A stretch of 64,000 nt of DNA from assembly GCA_963702845.1 (NCBI GenBank), contig OY969763.1:3616001-3680000 (forward strand), written 5' to 3'. Within the stretch, counting starts at the first letter, position 1. Each line of letters opens with the position of its first letter. This DNA is from an uncultured Verrucomicrobiae bacterium (GTDB lineage Bacteria > Verrucomicrobiota > Verrucomicrobiia > Limisphaerales > Palsa-1400). Position numbers and translations under genes: made by a program. Under the pieces are notes generated by a model, which did no database searches, was not told where the DNA came from, and worked only from the letters and a program-made list of their open reading frames with translations. Shown here in pieces: positions 61,451 through 64,000 of the stretch.

Positions 61451-63130
61451 GTGAAAAAATATCCCTGCTGGCCGCGCAAGCTCACAACTTTTTTGGTCGC
61501 TCTCGTTGCCTTTATATTCGTAGCAGACATCCACGCGGCACGGCGTCCAAACATCGTTCTGATCCTCGCGGACGACATGGGTTTTTCTGATCTCGGCTGC
61601 TACGGGTCAGAAATTCATACGCCGAATCTGGATAAACTTGCCGCGAACGGTCTACGTTTCACGCAGTTCTATAACACCGCGCGCTGCTGTCCGACTCGTG
61701 CTGCGCTCATGACCGGGCTCTACTCGCATCAAGCCGGAGTTGGGCACATGGTCGAGAACATGGGAGAACCCATCGCCAACATCGGCTTTCCTGGTTACGC
61801 CGGCGACTTGAGCCCGCACTGCGTCACGATTGCACAAGTGTTGTCAACGGCTGGCTATCACACCGCCATGTCCGGCAAATGGCACGTCACACCGGCAATT
61901 ACGAACGACAAAAAGAATTGGCCACGCCAGCGCGGGTTCGAAAAATATTTCGGAATCATCCACGGCGGCTCCAGCTACTTTGATCCGAATGGCAATCTCA
62001 TCCGCGACAACGAACCGATCAAAAACATCGGCACGAACTTCTACCTGACCGACGCCATCGCCGAAAATGCGATGCAGTTCATCAGCGATTTTTCACAGGA
62101 CAAAAAGCCCTTCTTTGTTTACGTCGCATTTACCGCGCCGCATTGGCCGGTGCACGCGTTGCCGGAAGACATTGCGAAGTATCGCGGCACATACGGCAAT
62201 CACTGGGAACAATTCCGCGAAGCGCGCTACAAGAAACAGATCGACCTCGGAATCATCGACGGAAAATGGCCGTTGACTCCGCGTGATGCGCCCGGCTCGT
62301 GGACGGACGATAAGTTTGCTGATTGGCAAGACAGCCGCATGGCTGGATACGCGGCACAGGTTGATCGTCTCGATCAAAACGTTGGCAAAATCCTCGCGAA
62401 ATTGCGCGAGACCGGCGAACTGGATAACACGTTGGTTTTCTTCCTATCGGACAATGGCGGTTGCGCCGAACATCTGGGCCCAAAAATCTCAGGCCCGATT
62501 GTTCCCGCGAAATCGCCAACCGGCGGCCCAATGCGCAAAGGCAATTCGCCCAACATTATTCCTGGTGGCCCCGATACTTACGCGAGTTACGGGCAACCAT
62601 GGGCAAACGTCAGCAACACGCCCTTCCGTCTCTACAAACATTGGGTGCATGAAGGTGGCATTTCGACGCCGCTGATTTGCAATTGGCCGGGCGTCACCAA
62701 ACCCGGCACGATGAGTTCACAACCGGGTCACGTGATCGACATTATGGCCACTTGCATCGACGTCGCTGGTGCCAAATATCCAAAGAAATTCCACGACAAC
62801 AAAATCACTTCCTTCGCAGGCGTCAGCCTTGTGCCGATCCTTGAAGGGAAACTCCGCAAAGGTCACGAAGCCATTTTCTGGGAACACGAAGGCAATCGGG
62901 CTGTGCGTTCCGGCGATTGGAAACTCGTTTCAACACACACCAATGATTGGGAGCTTTACAACATGGTTGCCGACCGCACGGAAATGAACAACGTCGCCGC
63001 GCAGCATCCAAAAGAAGTGAAACGGTTCGTCGCCATGTATGAAGACTGGGCAAATAAATCCGACGTGAAACCTTGGGACGAAGTGCAGAAGAAATTCGAC
63101 GAGCTGCGCCCGAAGCGCAAAGCTCAATGA
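61451..63130 (+). CDS. arylsulfatase
   Basis: PNIVLILADDMGFSDLG, RCCPTRAAL, HEGGISTP, WEHEGNRA. Confidence 0.93.
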   Translation: MKKYPCWPRKLTTFLVALVAFIFVADIHAARRPNIVLILADDMGFSDLGCYGSEIHTPNLDKLAANGLRFTQFYNTARCCPTRAALMTGLYSHQAGVGHMVENMGEPIANIGFPGYAGDLSPHCVTIAQVLSTAGYHTAMSGKWHVTPAITNDKKNWPRQRGFEKYFGIIHGGSSYFDPNGNLIRDNEPIKNIGTNFYLTDAIAENAMQFISDFSQDKKPFFVYVAFTAPHWPVHALPEDIAKYRGTYGNHWEQFREARYKKQIDLGIIDGKWPLTPRDAPGSWTDDKFADWQDSRMAGYAAQVDRLDQNVGKILAKLRETGELDNTLVFFLSDNGGCAEHLGPKISGPIVPAKSPTGGPMRKGNSPNIIPGGPDTYASYGQPWANVSNTPFRLYKHWVHEGGISTPLICNWPGVTKPGTMSSQPGHVIDIMATCIDVAGAKYPKKFHDNKITSFAGVSLVPILEGKLRKGHEAIFWEHEGNRAVRSGDWKLVSTHTNDWELYNMVADRTEMNNVAAQHPKEVKRFVAMYEDWANKSDVKPWDEVQKKFDELRPKRKAQ

Positions 63131-64000
63131 TGCAGCAGCGCTTTGATCATCTGGGGTCCATTCTCCCAGAAGACCATGATAACGCCCATCAACGAGCCGC
63201 CGGCAATAATTCCTGACGCCACCGGAAACAGGAACTCCTCCGATTGCTTCGGCTTGCCCTTGTTCCACGCATACGCGCCGAGCGCGCCGAGGAAGAACAA
63301 CAGGCTGTAATACCAATGGAACGTCCATGCCAACCCCAGACCAGCCGCGGACGGCAGATGTTTCTCGGTCTTTGGAAATAACTTCGCAATCAGCGGCAGC
63401 AGAATGCCGACAATCCCACCAATCACAATCGACCAGATTTTCGTAGGTTCCAATGCTTCCAACCCCCTACTGAGCGCAATAGCAACGGCTTTCCACGCCT
63501 GCGCCGCCGGGGCCGGAAACTGATCGGTCCCAAGCACAGACGCATTGGGCACCATGATGCCGAAACAGAATACTGTCGCCACTGTGCCAATAAAGATTCC
63601 CGAAAATTGGGCGATGAACTGTTTACGCGGATTTGCCCCCAGCAAATAGCCGCTTTTCAAATCGGTCAACAAATCGGCCGAACAAAGCGCAGCCGAAGCA
63701 GTGATGTTCGCGGAGAACAGATTGATATCCATTTTGCCAGGGCTGACCGCGCCGAACATTACCTGGGTCACCTTGCCCATCGCACCGACCGGTGTAGTGT
63801 CAGTCTCGCCAGTCACGCGGCAAGCAACGAGCGCCAGAAAAAATGACATGAAAACGGCCAACGCTGTTTGCCAGTAAGGCATACCGAATGTGACGTGGCC
63901 AAGATACGCCAATCCAGTTAAACCTACGAGTTGGCCAGCTACGAACCAGGTAAACGGCGCTTCGATTTTCTCCATTGCGTCCGCCTCACGTGGCGCTTTT
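63124..64000 (-). CDS. OPT-family oligopeptide transporter, 5' part outside the window
   Basis: GETDTTPVGAMGKVTQ, DLKSGYLLGANPRKQ, PAPAA, ASGIIAGGSL. Confidence 0.88.
   Translation of the reverse strand, partial: KAPREADAMEKIEAPFTWFVAGQLVGLTGLAYLGHVTFGMPYWQTALAVFMSFFLALVACRVTGETDTTPVGAMGKVTQVMFGAVSPGKMDINLFSANITASAALCSADLLTDLKSGYLLGANPRKQFIAQFSGIFIGTVATVFCFGIMVPNASVLGTDQFPAPAAQAWKAVAIALSRGLEALEPTKIWSIVIGGIVGILLPLIAKLFPKTEKHLPSAAGLGLAWTFHWYYSLLFFLGALGAYAWNKGKPKQSEEFLFPVASGIIAGGSLMGVIMVFWENGPQMIKALLHH

Overview
64-kb chromosomal window from a GC-rich bacterium, most likely Verrucomicrobiota (inferred from the DUF1549/DUF1553-DUF1501 pair, sulfatases, cimA and repeat style). It carries housekeeping genes (aroA end, cmk, plsC, hisS, tsf, rpsB, valS, cimA, pilT, murQ, pdp, glgP) interleaved with accessory DNA: (i) a defence island at about 4.8-9.5 kb with a collapsed type I R-M remnant, a DUF3644/HEPN-like gene and a RecQ-PRTase + DprA pair (PsyrTA/RqlHI type); (ii) a VapBC-like TA pair; (iii) a TE-less A-T-C-A-T NRPS joined to a Tat-exported GH5; (iv) a REP-flanked tyrosine transposase (RAYT) with a partial tandem duplication, whose REPs also sit in-frame inside a cytochrome c/DUF1553 gene; (v) two integron-like gene cassettes with attC sites and no integrase in the window, one attC split by an IS110/IS1111 element whose 3' non-coding end carries short matches to the target and to the reconstructed circle junction (candidate bridge/seekRNA). 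The least explained signal is three non-coding tracts, two directly upstream of hisS and valS, built from several different short direct repeats phased at 10 bp and preceded by a boxA-like antiterminator (plus a clear promoter in the hisS and valS copies). Many single-base frameshifts in conserved genes suggest long-read indel errors, so pseudogene calls are tentative. All calls are from motif recognition; no database searches were run.
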